From contig MU054049.1 of assembly GCA_013239625.1 (NCBI GenBank), forward strand, positions 757,015-821,014: a stretch of 64,000 nucleotides of DNA, read 5' to 3'. Positions 48,653 to 61,419 of the stretch are shown in pieces. The position numbers were made by a program, and so were the translations under genes. How positions within the stretch are numbered: the first letter of the stretch is position 1; the number at the start of each line of letters is the position of its first letter. The DNA comes from Lama guanicoe. Its lineage: Eukaryota. Below the pieces are notes generated by a model. That model was given only the letters and a program-made list of their open reading frames with translations. It was not told the origin of the DNA and did not search any database.

Positions 48653-50954
48653 CTATGGAAGGCTGCAGGAAGAAAGGGTGTACCCAGCAGGGGGAACAGG
48701 AAGACATGCAGAGCATGGGGTTAAACCCAGAAAGTCTGGTTCCCAGGCTTTTAACCCTGACTCTCACAGGATCCACATCCCTGTCCTAGAATAGACCAAA
48801 CCCTAACTCCTTCCCACCAAGACTAACTTTAAAAACTCCTTTCTTTGAGAAAGACAAGACGGATGGACCTCCTCTAACTTCTATCTGCAGGCTGGACATC
48901 CAGCTATCGTCCCATGGTGGGGGTCCCTCTTGCTGCATCTCATCTGAGGAGGCTGTGCCCCCTTTCATGGTGAAGTCAGATTTTGCTGTCATCGACATGC
49001 ATATGAAGCCGAGAAGATGAGAAGGTCTCTGAGCTGGTGTGCAGCTAGGCCTCCAGCTTCACCTCCCACTCATACCACACACCCCACTCCTTCCAGATCA
49101 ATGACCGGTCCCCACAAGGGCCATTTTGAGCCACACTGTCACACCTCTGTGCTTGCCACCCTGACAAGCCCTGACCCACTCCTGAAGTGTCAGTGTAGCT
49201 ATTTCCTATCGTATGAGGACTCTAGTCTTCCAGTCAAAGCAGGGGGTTGACTGCCGACCACTGTGAGGGCACACACACCTCTGGCCGGACATGTGCCTCT
49301 CTGTGCTGGGTTGATTTGTGAGCTTCTCGTGGCCCGAGAGGGTGCCCTCCTCAGGCTGAATTCCTACAAAGTAGTTTGGAGCTTCTTAACAAATGCTTGC
49401 CGAGCAAATGTGTGGACATGAGATGGAACCCTCAAGTTCAGAGAAAACGGGAAAGATCAAATCTTGGTTTCGAAGAAATCCACCAACAGGATTTCTCCTA
49501 CCCAAGGCCTGTTTCACATGACGAAAGGTTAAAGGGCACAAGATTGTCAATTTCATTCATGGGATTGGAGGAGCAGCAAACAGGAGCAGGAAGCACAGGA
49601 TGTGGTTTTCCTATTTCTCCTAGTTCGGCGGTGGGAACGCAGAGGCCCAGGACTTGGAGGCCTAAGGCCCTTCAGCCTCTTGGAACCCCAGGTTTTGGGA
49701 GCAAAATACGAATTGTGTCCACTTCCTAGGCCGTGGTGCAGAAGAAATGAATGAGACTTTGAAAGTGCTTTGCAAACAGCGAAGCGCAGAATGGATGGAT
49801 GGTGGTTAGCACGATTTCTTGTTGCTGCAGGCAGAGCCCCTGGGAGGCCTCTCGCCGCCCTTCTGCACCGCATCGGGGAGCAGCTGGCCCTAGGATTGCT
49901 ACCACTGCTCCTGTTCAGACTAGCAAGCCGTTCACCAGGAGCCTAGGATCCGTGGAGTTGATGTAATTCAATATTGATTATAAATTTCATTTCTGCCTGC
50001 CTATGGGCCATTAGCTTAGATCAATACATTCTCCACCCTTGGTTAAGTAATCACTGAGGCTGTTGATGATTTCAGCAGAGTAAGGGCAGGTCCCTGGTTG
50101 TCTTGGCTGGGGAGTCCAAGGCAGCCTCCTAGCCTAGGCTTAACCCAGTTCAAAGTGTCTTACAAATAAATCATTTATTTCCACTTGCAAACACGAAGGT
50201 CATGGTCAATTCTCCAGTTCTCTGGGGCCGGAAGCCCAGTCCAGAGATCCTCTAGCCCAGCATCTGGCAGTGCCTTGTACCCGGCATGTCTAAGAGTAAT
50301 GAATGGGTAATGAACTCTGGGCATCTTCCACGGACAGAACTCAAGTTTTCCCACCAGCTGGTATCTGGGAGGAGAGGCAGAAGGAAGGAGGAGGCTTGGG
50401 TTCGCTGTGCATCTTCCCTCCAGGACACAAACTGTCACCTTCATCTCCAGGCACGAGGGCCTCGGCAGCTGCAGATGGACTGGTAGGCTGGGGGCCGGCG
50501 GGGGTGTGTGCGGGAGCCTGGCTGACAGCGGCTGAGCACTCTCAGTAGATGTGCTCTGACAATGGTCCTGCTTCCCCCTCACACCCTCTGCAGGTGGCAG
50601 ACAGGAAACGTCATTGCTCCCACAGCATCTACTGAACATCGGCTTTCTCCCTGCAGACCCACTGCCCACACTGCAGCCAGCATCTGTCTAATGCCCTGTC
50701 CAGACACATCATTCCCCTGTTGAAAGCCCTACCTGGATGTGAGATGGGTCAATTCCCTGCCTCATTACTTTGTCTCCTCACTGCCTTTCTGCATAACAGC
50801 CATGCCCAGGGGCTCACAGTCTGCCCCTCACAGCACACATGCCTCTGGGTCTAGACACAAGAGGCTTTCTACCCCAGGACAGCTCTCCTCTCCTGCTGCC
50901 CGGAAAGAACTTGGGGTGTAAACAAGTAAACGCACAATGGTTTTCTAGAGCCTT

Positions 50955-51130
50955 CGGGTTTTGAATCCCAGCACTGCCATTACTGGCTGGGTACCCCTTC
51001 CTGGCTGGCAAGTTCTTTCATCTCTCTGGGACTCAGTTTCCTCATCTGAAAAATGGGGCAATAGTGCTCTCTGTCTCAATGAGGATCTCTTCAAGACTGA
51101 AGGAGATGACATACATGGTAAGGGTAACAG
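50955..51130 (+). mobile_element. MIR
   Basis: ttgaatcccagcactgccattactggctg...ctcagtttcctcatctgaaaaatgggg. Confidence 0.75.
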
Positions 51131-53479
51131 GACATTAAAATGGGAGCTCCAACAGGGCACCAAGACACAGGAGACATGACCCTCTAAAGTGAGGGACCGG
51201 CCAAGCAGCATGTTTTCAAGGAGGTGGGTGAAAATCAGTTATGTGGCCCAGGGAAGGATGTGGAAATATTGAACTGGTCTTGTATTTTGCTAATGGGTGA
51301 CTTAGAGCATTTCATTATTCCAGAGTGCTCCAAGCTGTCACGGGGCCCTGCCAGGCAGTGACAGGGGAAGGCCTGGCCCCCGCAGGACAGTAGAGGGCAC
51401 AAAAACAGTGGCTTCATGAGTTGTGCTTGTTCCACAGCATGTTTACACAAGTTCAACAGACAGGAGCTACAGTTATTGCTGTTACGAAAAATATGGTCAG
51501 TGCATGAATGATTAAACATGTGTCTGACTCCTTGCAGGCAGGGAGGTGAAGGCATCTGAAGCTACAGTATTTGAGCTGTCTCATTTGTCAGAAATACAGC
51601 GAGTTGAAATAAAATAGTAGCCAAAGCTGGGATTTCTTAGCATCACCAGGTGCAGGGGGCCAGGCCCGCCCGAGCCCACCACACGCATCCACACCCATGG
51701 CCAGCATGGCTGGCAGCCCTGGGTGAGGGCACCCCCAAAGGATGACCCCCCTCCTCATCCATCTAATCCTAATGCCCTCCCCTTTCCCACTAGCCTGCTG
51801 CTCGGCCAGGCTGCTGTCAGCTGAACAAATCTGCGAAGGGCCAGGACAGAGTGGGTAGCATGACCCCACCTCTTGTTTTGGCCCCTGCACCTGGTGGTAC
51901 TGTTGTGAACACCTGCCCGGGAAGCCAGTGCTTATGAAGGATCAGCATCCTCATGTCATCAGGGCTTAAGCCGCCCAGAGGACACTGTCCAGCCTGGACG
52001 GGGCCACATTTGTGGAGGGAGGCCTCTCAGACCTGTGTCCTGTAATCAGGCTGCTTCTGATCTCATTGGTGGGGCAGTTTTGAGCATTTGGCTTCAATTT
52101 TCCTGCCTCTGTTTCCCTCCCCTGACTCCCAGGATTGGTATAAGGATCAAAATGGGATGCTTGCCTGTAAGCAGAAAGTCAGCACACAGCTGGCACATCC
52201 TAGACACTCAAAGACATTTTCTCATTTTCCTTCCTTCCCTAAAGAGGAAAGTGGAAGAAATATCTGTGGCCTTTAATGTGTTAGTAATGAGAGCATCATA
52301 CCCTATGAGTACATTGATATGAAACTGAATAGGCAAAACCACTCTACAGGGATAGAAATCAGCAGAGTGTGAGTCAGTCTAGTCGGGAGGAGTGACTGGG
52401 AAGAGACAGGAGGGTAGCTTCTGGGGTGGAAGGAAATGCTCTATGTCTTGATCTGGGTGGTGGTCACTGGGCTGCACACTTACGTGTGCATTTTACTGTA
52501 TGGATGGAAGTATGTCTCAGTTTAAAAAATATGAAAAAAATGTTAAAAATGAACAATGAAAAAATCCTAGAAAAACAATACTCAAAAAATCGGGCTGCAG
52601 TATACTTTAAGGCCACTGTTGTTTAAAGATCCCCTAACTGGGAATTTTTTTTTTCCTCTAAGTAGAACCCTGGGATTTGTCCTAGACATGCTGCTCATTT
52701 GAAGGTCTCTGCAATTTTGTTTCAGCTCTGAGCAAGCTCCTGGAGAGGACAGATGGGAGAGAGCTTGGTCCTCTAGTGGTGGAGGTGGTCCAGGCTTGGG
52801 CACTGAAGCTCTGGAGCGGGTATCAGCTCTGGGCAGTGGTGGCAGCACCTGGCTAGAATAAAGAGGCCACCAGGTGAGTCTCCGCGGCCCCCCTTCTCCA
52901 CCACAGCCTCCAATAAGGCTTCCAGTTCCTGTCACGCTCCAGCCCAGACCCTAGTTCCATCTCCAGGAGCTGTTCTCATATACCTTCTCCTGGACATACC
53001 TCACTCCCCCTCTGCTAGGCCCTTATCTTCTCTCTGAATCTCAGGCAAAGCAGACGCTGCATCACCTACTTAGATTACGGTCCCCATCTCAGGCCCCCGG
53101 AGGTGGTCTGTCTTAGGGAGCCCTCTGAGCACCTGAGAAGCCTGGGAGGGGGCAGCACAAGGTCACCATGGGTGTATTCTGGAAGGCCACATCATTTGGA
53201 ACCAAGCAGTCAGAGGAGGTCTGTGAATCCCGCGGTCACCCCTTAAGAGCAGAAACTTTACTCCAAACAATCCTCCAGTGTGATTGGAACAAGCTGTCAC
53301 CCCCAGTATCTCACGCAACCCTACAGGCTTTAGGGTGAAACCGGGCAGGCCCTCCCCCGCTCCCCAGCCCCGAGAGGCAACGGCTCCAGTCGGTTCCTTC
53401 GGTATTTACCTCCACATTTCTAAACGGTATTCATTTATTGCCATTTCTTCCTTTTATTTTGTCTTGATCTCCTTCATCT

Positions 53480-54870
53480 AGTTATCAACACACCCATCAA
53501 CTCACGTATTTATCTTTTTGTGTGTGTATGAGACATTCACGTTCTCTTTTAGCAAATTCAGTTATACAACAGTGTCATCAACTACTGTCACCATGGTTTA
53601 CATTGGATTCCTAGACCTTCTGCATCTTCCAGCTGAAAGTTTGTACCCTCTTGCCCATTTCTCCCTGTTTCCCCCACCTCCCAGCCCCGACAACCACTTT
53701 TCTACTCTGTTTCTATAAGTTTGCCTTTTTTGCTGCTGTTGTTACATTCAACATACAAGTAATACTGGGCAGAATTTGTCTTTCTCTGTGCGGCTCATTT
53801 CATTCAGCATAAGGCCCTCAAGGTCCCTCCATGTTGTCACAAGTGGCAGGATTCCCTTCTTCCTCGTCGCTGGATTCAGATTATATATATTATATATACA
53901 TATACATATATATATACACACACACACACACACACGTATATGTATATATATCTCATTTTTTATCCATTCATCGGTTGATGGACACGTGTTTCCACATCTT
54001 GGCTCTCGTGGATAATGCTGCTAAGAACAACAGAGCGCAGTTATTTCTATGAGATTGTTTTCATTTCTTTCGGACATAAACCCAGAAGTGGACCTGCTGG
54101 ATCATATGGTAGTTCTATTTCCAGCTTAGGAACCTCCACACTGTTTTGCATCAGCCATTCTAACAGGTGTGAGGTGGTATCTCAATGTAGTTGTGATCTG
54201 CATTTCCCTGTGGTTAGTGATGCTGGGACCTTTTCATGTATCTCTTGGTAATGTGCATGTCTTCTTTGCAAAGATGTCTATTCAGTTCCTCTGCCCATCT
54301 TTTAATTGGATTGTTTGTTCATTTATTTTTGCTATTGTGTTGTATGAATTCGTTGTATATCCTGGATATTAACCCCTTATCAGATACACGATTTGGAAAT
54401 ATTTTCTCCCATTCTGTAGGTTTCCTTTTCATTTTGCTGGTGGTTCCCCTTGCTGTGCAGAAGCTTTTCAGTTTGAGGTAGTCCCGCTTGTCTATTTTTG
54501 CTTTTGTTTCCTTTGCTTTGGTGTCTAACCCAAAAAATGATTGCCACCACTGATGTCTAAGAGTTTATATGTCTTACCCCATATATTTTCTTCTAGGAGT
54601 TTTGTGGTTTCAGGTCTTACATTCAAGTCTTTAATCTGTTTTGAGTTGATTTTTGTGTGTGGTGTACGATAGGAGTCCAGTTTCATTCTCCTGCTTGTGG
54701 CTGTCCAGTTTCTCCAACATCATTTATCGAAGAGACTGTCCATTCCATATGCTGTCCATCGTATATTGCTGGCTCCTTTGTTGTAGATTAATTGAACATA
54801 CAGGCATGGGTTTATTTCTGGGTTCCCTATTCTGCTTCACTGACTTATGATCTCTTTTTATGCCAAATCA
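53480..54870 (-). mobile_element. L1 fragment (ORF2 C-terminus and 3' UTR) with internal (TA)n(CA)n
   Basis: ORF 53748..53933 (RKKGILPLVTTWRDLEGLMLNEMSRTEKDK) resembles the L1 ORF2 C-terminus; T-rich + strand. Confidence 0.88.
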
Positions 54871-56029
54871 CTTCTTGATTTTTTTTTCCATTTTAAGTAT
54901 TTTCTATTGATGTCTAACTATGGCAGATGAAAGTTTTATTTATTTCACTCTCCTGTCCCCAACACACAGAAGCACCCATCCCATCCTCCCCATACAGTTA
55001 TAGTGTATTTCCAGTTTGATCAATATGCAGAATTGGCATTATTAGTACTACGTAATTGCTAGTCCCAGTTGAGCTATGTAGTACCCTATAATTTCCTTTC
55101 CTTTCATGTATCACTTTTTGTTTTCCCTGGAGTTCATAATTGCCTTGCCTTTTAATTTACTTAGTTTTCTACTACATAATCAATAACTCAACCTTAAATA
55201 TTCCAACAGATGTTCAAATCTAATTTCTATGTATTCATAGGCAGTGGGCATCTTCTTGAAAATCACACTGCATTTTATTCCTCAAAGAATCTATAGCTTT
55301 CCTGGAGACATGCAGGGCCACCTGCAGTGGTGTTTGGATAGTGTGAGTCCCTGTGTTGGGTAAGGGGGAGGGCATAGGTCTCAGCACTGGGGAGACATGA
55401 GAATGAATTCCACCCCTTGTTGGCAGGGTACCCACAATTCTCCTTCCACATCTGCTAAAATGGGAATAATGAAGCCTCATGCTAGTGTCGTCATGAGAAT
55501 TAAATACGTACCATGGAAATGCCTGGAGCATGGAGGACACACAATAAAGGTTTGCTTTCTTGTGGGAAAATCAAGAAAAATAAGGCCACGGAAGGTACTT
55601 TATCTCATTCATAGAGCTTTCTCTCTCCATCCCCACAGTATTGTCTAGGCTTTGCACATTCATCAAGGCTTCTAAGACACTGACACTCCTGTGAAGGAGG
55701 GCAGCTAACGCTGCTGGGGCTCTGCTCATCTGTCTAATGATTTCCTCTAAAAGAAGGTGCTTTTTTAATAGCAACATCAATTTTATTTTGAAATATTCTA
55801 AACAAAGGCAGAAACTCTCAAAGAAAATATGGAGAGCTTGGTGGCACAAAAATTAAAAAGTTACGTACATTTGGGAAAAAAAAGTCCCTGATATAAAAGT
55901 AAAGGGCAAGCAACAAATTGGGAAAATATTTACAACATGTAAGTCAGTCAAGGGCGGGCGACTTTCCTAAGGATGTAGACCAATTTGGTCCAGAGACAGT
56001 GCTTCTGCCTCCCAGGCTAATGCTCTCCC

Positions 56030-56800
56030 CACTATTCATTCACTCACTTATTCATTCATACATTCATTCATTCATTCATTCGTTTAACATATATGTACTG
56101 AGTGCCTACCAGGTGCCTGGCATTGGGGTATAATGACAATCAAAACCAGAAATGGCCCCTGTTCTCATGGAGCTCACAGTCTGGTGGGATAACACTGATG
56201 CGCCAAACATTCACACTCAGGAGTGTACAACCATCCAACGTAAGTGCCACAAAGGAAAGGAGGCCATGGAGCAGAGGACCCAGTTAGACTATGGTGCATG
56301 GGAGCACTTCCTTGGCTGGTGACACTTGAGCTAAGAACTGGAGGATGGGTAAGAGTTTAGAAGTATGTATGTGTGCATGTGAGACAGAGAGAAAGAGACA
56401 GAGACAGAGACAGAGAGAAAAGGAGGAGGAAGCATTCCAGGTGGAAAAACAGGATGTGCCAAGGCCCTGTGGTAGGAGGCCCATGAAATAGTTGAAGAGT
56501 GGGAAGAAAGGCAGTGTGGCTAAAGCTTGGAGAGTCAGAGGAGTCTGGAGGTTTGGCTGGTGGTTAGACTATAAGAGGGCCGGGCCTTATGGGCTTTGGA
56601 TTTTAACTCAAAGGTTAATGGGGAAACCACCAAAAGATGCCAACTTGGGGCAGGAGGAGGAAGTGGCTGGAGGTGGGTATATGGCTGGACTTATATTTGA
56701 AAAGATGGCTCTGGCTTTGGAGAGGAGACTGGATGGGAGTGGGTTGGGTGAGGCAGAGTGTTACTGTCATCGATTAGAAATGACGGTGGCTGGGAGATCA
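56030..56800 (-). mobile_element. L2 3' region with (CATT)n tail
   Basis: cattcattcattc...gtactgagtgcctaccaggtgcctggcattgggg...ctcatggagctcacagtctggtggg. Confidence 0.75.
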
Positions 56801-56975
56801 TGATAACATCAGATTGAGTGAAACAGGCCGAGTCTAGAGCTCTTTGGGAGATAAAACAACAGGGCTGCCTCCCACACCTCATCCTGGTGGAACAGGGCAA
56901 GCCCAAATCAACAAACCTGTATCCTGGGCCATGCTAGTGGGCACAGAGGAAGCCTCAGTCAAGAGCAGAGGAACA

Positions 56976-57613
56976 GATCCAGCAATCCTACTCCTGGGCA
57001 TATATCCAGAGGGAACTCTAATTCGAAAAGATACATGCACCCCAATGTTCATAGCAGCACTATATACAATAGCCAAGACATGGAAGCAACCTAAATGTCC
57101 ACTGACAGATGACTGGATAAAGAAGCTGTGGTATATTTATACAATAGAACACTACTCAGCCATAAAAAAAGAATAAAATAATGCCATCTGCAGCAATATG
57201 GATGGATATGGAGATCTTCATTCTAAGTGAAGTAAGCTAGAAAGGGAAAGAAAAATACCATATAATATCACTCATATGTGGAGTCTAAAAAAAAAGACGA
57301 CACTAATGAACTTATCTACAAATCAGAAACAGACTCACAGAAATAGTAAACAAACTTATGGCTACTGGTCGGGAGAGGGGGTGGGAAGGGATAAATTGGG
57401 AGTTCAAGATTTGCAAATATTAACTACTATATATAAAATAGATAAAAACAAATTTCTTCTGTATAGCACAGGGAACTATATTCAATATCTTGTAGTAGCC
57501 TATAATGAAAAAGAACATGAAAACAAATATATGTATGTATATGCATGACTGAAACATTATGCTGTATACCAAAAATTGACACGTTGTAACTGACTATACT
57601 TCAATTGAAAAAA
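56976..57613 (+). mobile_element. Young L1 3' end (ORF2 C-terminus and 3' UTR)
   Basis: ORF 56844..57176 contains DPAILLLGIYP...CTPMFIAALYTIAKTWKQPKCP..DDWIKKLWYIYT, the L1 ORF2 C-terminus; ends gactatacttcaattgaaaaaa. Confidence 0.92.
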
Positions 57614-58489
57614 GAAGTGGGGAATACACAAATCTTTGGAAGAGCAGGTCTTGTGACAGTGGGATTTCAGAATCAGGAGCAATCCCAGGAGGCTGTGGGG
57701 TAGCGTCAGGGTCAAGTATTTTGGGGCTTTGTTCTGACTATGGCCTGAAGAGATGGGGTGAACCAGGTACGCCTGGGGGCTGCATGAGGGGAGGGTGTAT
57801 GGAGGGCACAGCACTCACACTGTGTGGTCATGGGCACAACCGTCCAGCCTGGGCACCTGCTGGCCCTCCTCACCCTCAAAAATACCCATGTTGCTCTCAG
57901 GAGAGAGGGTACCTATCTTCTGTTTTTATTTTCTATCTTAAAAAATAAACTGCCATTTTTACAGTGTCACAGAACACATACACTTGTGACTTGCTCCACT
58001 GCATCTGTGATAAGTTCACGGAGTTGTAGTGAATTCATCCTATTGTTCTTCTGGGAAAACTGGGAGGGGTGGGGTGCCCTGTCTTTTCCATTCCCACTTA
58101 GGGAATATGGCAACAAAGCTCATGGAGGTAGCGCTTGCTGGGCATGGCATCAGGAGAGGCTCCCCGGAAGGGACCCCCAGAGCCAGGCAGGAGCTGAGCG
58201 GGGGCAGGGCCAACCACTCCTGGGTCCCATTGGTCTGGACTGGCTTCCACAGGCCAGAACTAGATAGGGTGAGTCTAAACTGGTTCAAGGCAGGCAATGG
58301 CTGGCTAGAATCACAGGATTAATGGCCAGTGTGAGCTAGTTTGCACTAATCTGGACCACTTTTCCTGAATCCATTTGAATTGTGTGATGCACTTAAAACT
58401 AAGCACACTGTCTGAATTTACTGGCCTATTGGGAAATATTTCCAGCTGGTTTGGGTGCCTCCCTATCTTTTTGAATTATTATTGTCCTC

Positions 58490-58493
<4 letters not shown>

Positions 58494-58528
<35 letters not shown>
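58494..58528. repeat. (TG)n microsatellite
   Basis: TG run with one TA interruption. Confidence 0.9.
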
Positions 58529-59557
58529 GCAGGGGCGGTGAACAACATTTGCTTCCTCTGCCTCTAACTATGTCTTGGAAGTTGAGCTCAGACAGCTGAC
58601 CAAACTTAGTTTGATATGCAGGTAAATGACAGTACGGTTTTCCCTGGGAGGTTCTCCATTGCGCCATCTCTCCTTCCCTGGGAAGGAGACACGAGGATGG
58701 CTTTAGGGTGATGGCACCCTCTGAGCTGACAGCTCAGGCTGGCCCGGATGGGGGACCTGCCAGGAAGCTAACAGTCAGCGGGCCCTGGAAAATGGCCCCT
58801 GGGAAGCCCCTATCTGCAGAGCCAGCTGACCGGGGCTGGTATTAACTATTCCAGAAAGTGACTCTAGTTTTCCATGCAACTCAGTGTACCATGTGGTGGT
58901 GTAGTCTGGAAGTGTATCTGGAATGTATATAGTCTGGAGCAATCTGGACAAGGAAGTGTCTGGATTCGCAGGGGCTGCAATTTGCAGACTATAGACTGGC
59001 TATGTTCATAACATTGTAGCCTGCCCAACTCCTAAAAGGTGTAGATGGGGATGAACTTTGAGGAAATGTCTTCCTTCTACCAGAGCCTGATTTCTTTGAG
59101 GCATGCATGTATAATTTGTGTATTTCACCAGAAGTGTCCCCAGGCAGCGTCATTCCTTAAGCTGCAAGCCTGACCCTGCATGATCTGATTCTTGACCTGG
59201 TCTCCAGCCTCGTGCTGTGTGTGCTGCCCGTTCCTGCCCCAGCCCCAGCCTCCTGGCCCTGCATGCCCCTCCCCTCCCACGGCATATGCACATGCTGGTC
59301 CCCGCCTGGAACGTGGCCTCCCCCCTCCACCACCCTTTGCCTAGTTAGCCCCTCCATTCTCCAGTTCACAGCTCAAACGCCACTTGCTTCCTCTGGAAGC
59401 TTCGTTCGTAGAATATGCCCTTATGCTCTTAGAATGCTTCTTGTCATGATTTATGATTATGTGTTTTTATGGGTAAGCGATGAGCTTATTAATTTCTAAT
59501 GCACAGCACCATAAACTTTATCTTTTAACATATCCTACCAGATAATATTATCTAGTA

Positions 59558-59767
59558 GAGTGTTTCTCAGCATTAGCACTACTGACATGTGGAACTCGAG
59601 AATTCTTTGTTGTTTGGCTGTCCTCTCGTTTGCAGGATGTTTAGCAGCACACTCGGCCTAAATCCACTAGATCAGGAGTAACCCTCAGCTGGAACAGCCA
59701 GAATGTCTCCAGACACTGCCCAGATGTCCCCTGGGGGGACAAAACAGCTCCTGGTTGAGAACCACTG
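59558..59767. mobile_element. MER20 hAT-Charlie MITE
   Basis: gcactactgacat...gcaggatgtttagcagca...ccactagat...aatgtctccagacactgcccagatgtcccctgggggg...ggttgagaaccactg. Confidence 0.85.
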
Positions 59768-59855
59768 ACCCAGAATCAATGTTTGTAAGAAGCTTGAGAT
59801 TTCAAAGGCAGGCTTCCTGAGACCCCTTTGCTGAAGCTCTGGTTTCTTTCTGGAC

Positions 59856-60155
59856 CAGCCCCATCCAATAGAAATAAAATGTGAGCCACATATGCAATTG
59901 TACATGTTCTAGTGGCTACATTAAAAATCAAAGAAAAAAAACAGGTGAAATGAATCTTAATCATACGTATTATGTAACCCAATATATCCCAGCTATTGTC
60001 ATTTCGGCAGGTAATCAATGCAAAATCATCATTGAGATATTTTACATTCTTTTTTTTCCCCTACTAAGTCATCAAAATCTAGTGTACATTTTTCTGAGTT
60101 GGGATTACTCAACATGTCTAGTGCTCGATAGCCACATGTGACCAGCATGTTAGGA
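59856..60155. mobile_element. MER33-like hAT-Charlie element
   Basis: tccaatagaaataaaatgtgagccacata...ttctagtggctacattaaaaa...gtgctcgatagccacatgtg. Confidence 0.78.
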
Positions 60156-61379
60156 GTGAGAGAGAAGACCTAAGCTCTCTCGGAGGGCCTGGCCTGCCCC
60201 GCCCCTCCCCGCCAGGTCATCACCAGGCTGTACCTCTACCCCTCAGCAAAGCCATGCACAGCCCTCCTTCGCCCTCTGGGACCGAGAGGTGACAGCCCAT
60301 TCCAAGCGCCCCCGGAGGGGTCCTGCTGGCTCTGACCACTCTCTGAACACCAGCATCCAAATGCCTACAGCATGCTAAAGAGACGGGTGTGTGCCTGTGA
60401 GCACACGGGAGCCTGGAAGGTCCCTGCCTCAAACACGCAAACACTGAGTGAGACACACACTGTTTCCAAGCTCTCCAGGCAGAAGCTCCGCCCACCTCCA
60501 CACCACCTGTCCTGTCCTCGTGTTCCTTACTCACAAGGCAGGCTCAGCCCTCCACAAACATTGGCCACCTGAAAAGACACATCCTATTTTCTTAAGACAC
60601 AAATACTCTCATCTAAAATGACACTTGCATTGGCCAAGAAACTGCCATCCAGGGAGAGGCTGTTTCTAGCCCCACAACTTGTCCTGAGTCCCCAGGCCAT
60701 TCTGCAGGATCGCAGCCTGGCTAGGGTGCTAGCCCATCACAGCAGGATCATCCCTGCAAGTCTCTACCGACTCCACTGGGATTTCCTGTTCCTCTCTGGA
60801 TCTGCTCCCCCAACACGGTCATCTCCAGGCCCTGTAGCTTCCTGGGAGCTCTCCCAGCAGGAGCCTCTGCCGACCAGGGGAATTGCTTCTTGCAGCCCAG
60901 CTGTGGCAGCTCCTGCAGGCTCTGCAGAGCAGCTGAACACATTGCCAGAAGGAGGACCCTGATGGAGACCTGTCTGTCTGGAGAAGCCCGGGTATTGCCT
61001 TTCCTAATGAGAGCCACTTTTGTCTTGGCACCTAGAGCAAATCTTGAGCAGTCAGTGTTTCCCTTCTAGGAAAGAAAGTTTTTCCAAAGTTGTCACCTGG
61101 TCACTTTGAGCAAGCCAGGGACTCTGTAAAACATGGAACGTGGGGGTGAAGCCTGCACCCCCCACTGGGGTACTAAGCTGGCCATCGCCCTTTGGCAGTC
61201 TCAGGTCTGACCCCTACCCACCCCAGGAGCCTCACTAGGAAGGGCTGTCAGTCACCAAGATGCCTCCAGAACGCCTGTCCCATCTGACCCCAGCGTGGCA
61301 GCCAGCTGAGTGTCCGCACACGTCTGCCAGCAGACGCACGCACACTGTGGCCAGATCCACCGCAGGAAGTTGGACTTAC

Positions 61380-61413
61380 CCCTCCTGGCTTGCCTGATCT
61401 TTGGGCTCAGCAT
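61380..61413 (-). CDS. ARHGAP22: ARHGAP22 first coding exon (34 nt, MLSPKIRQARR + G), phase-1 donor
   Basis: Reverse complement reads ATG CTG AGC CCA AAG ATC AGG CAA GCC AGG AGG G|GTAAGT. This matches the ARHGAP22 N-terminus as I recall it. An in-frame TGA lies upstream at 61450-61452, and the exon sits in a CpG island. Too short for the ORF track. Confidence 0.93.
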
Positions 61414-61419
61414 GTTCCT

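Noticed and set aside
59446..59456. Isolated ATGATTTATGA PBX-HOX match
   Set aside because: Single site within L2-like repeat sequence; plausible by chance.
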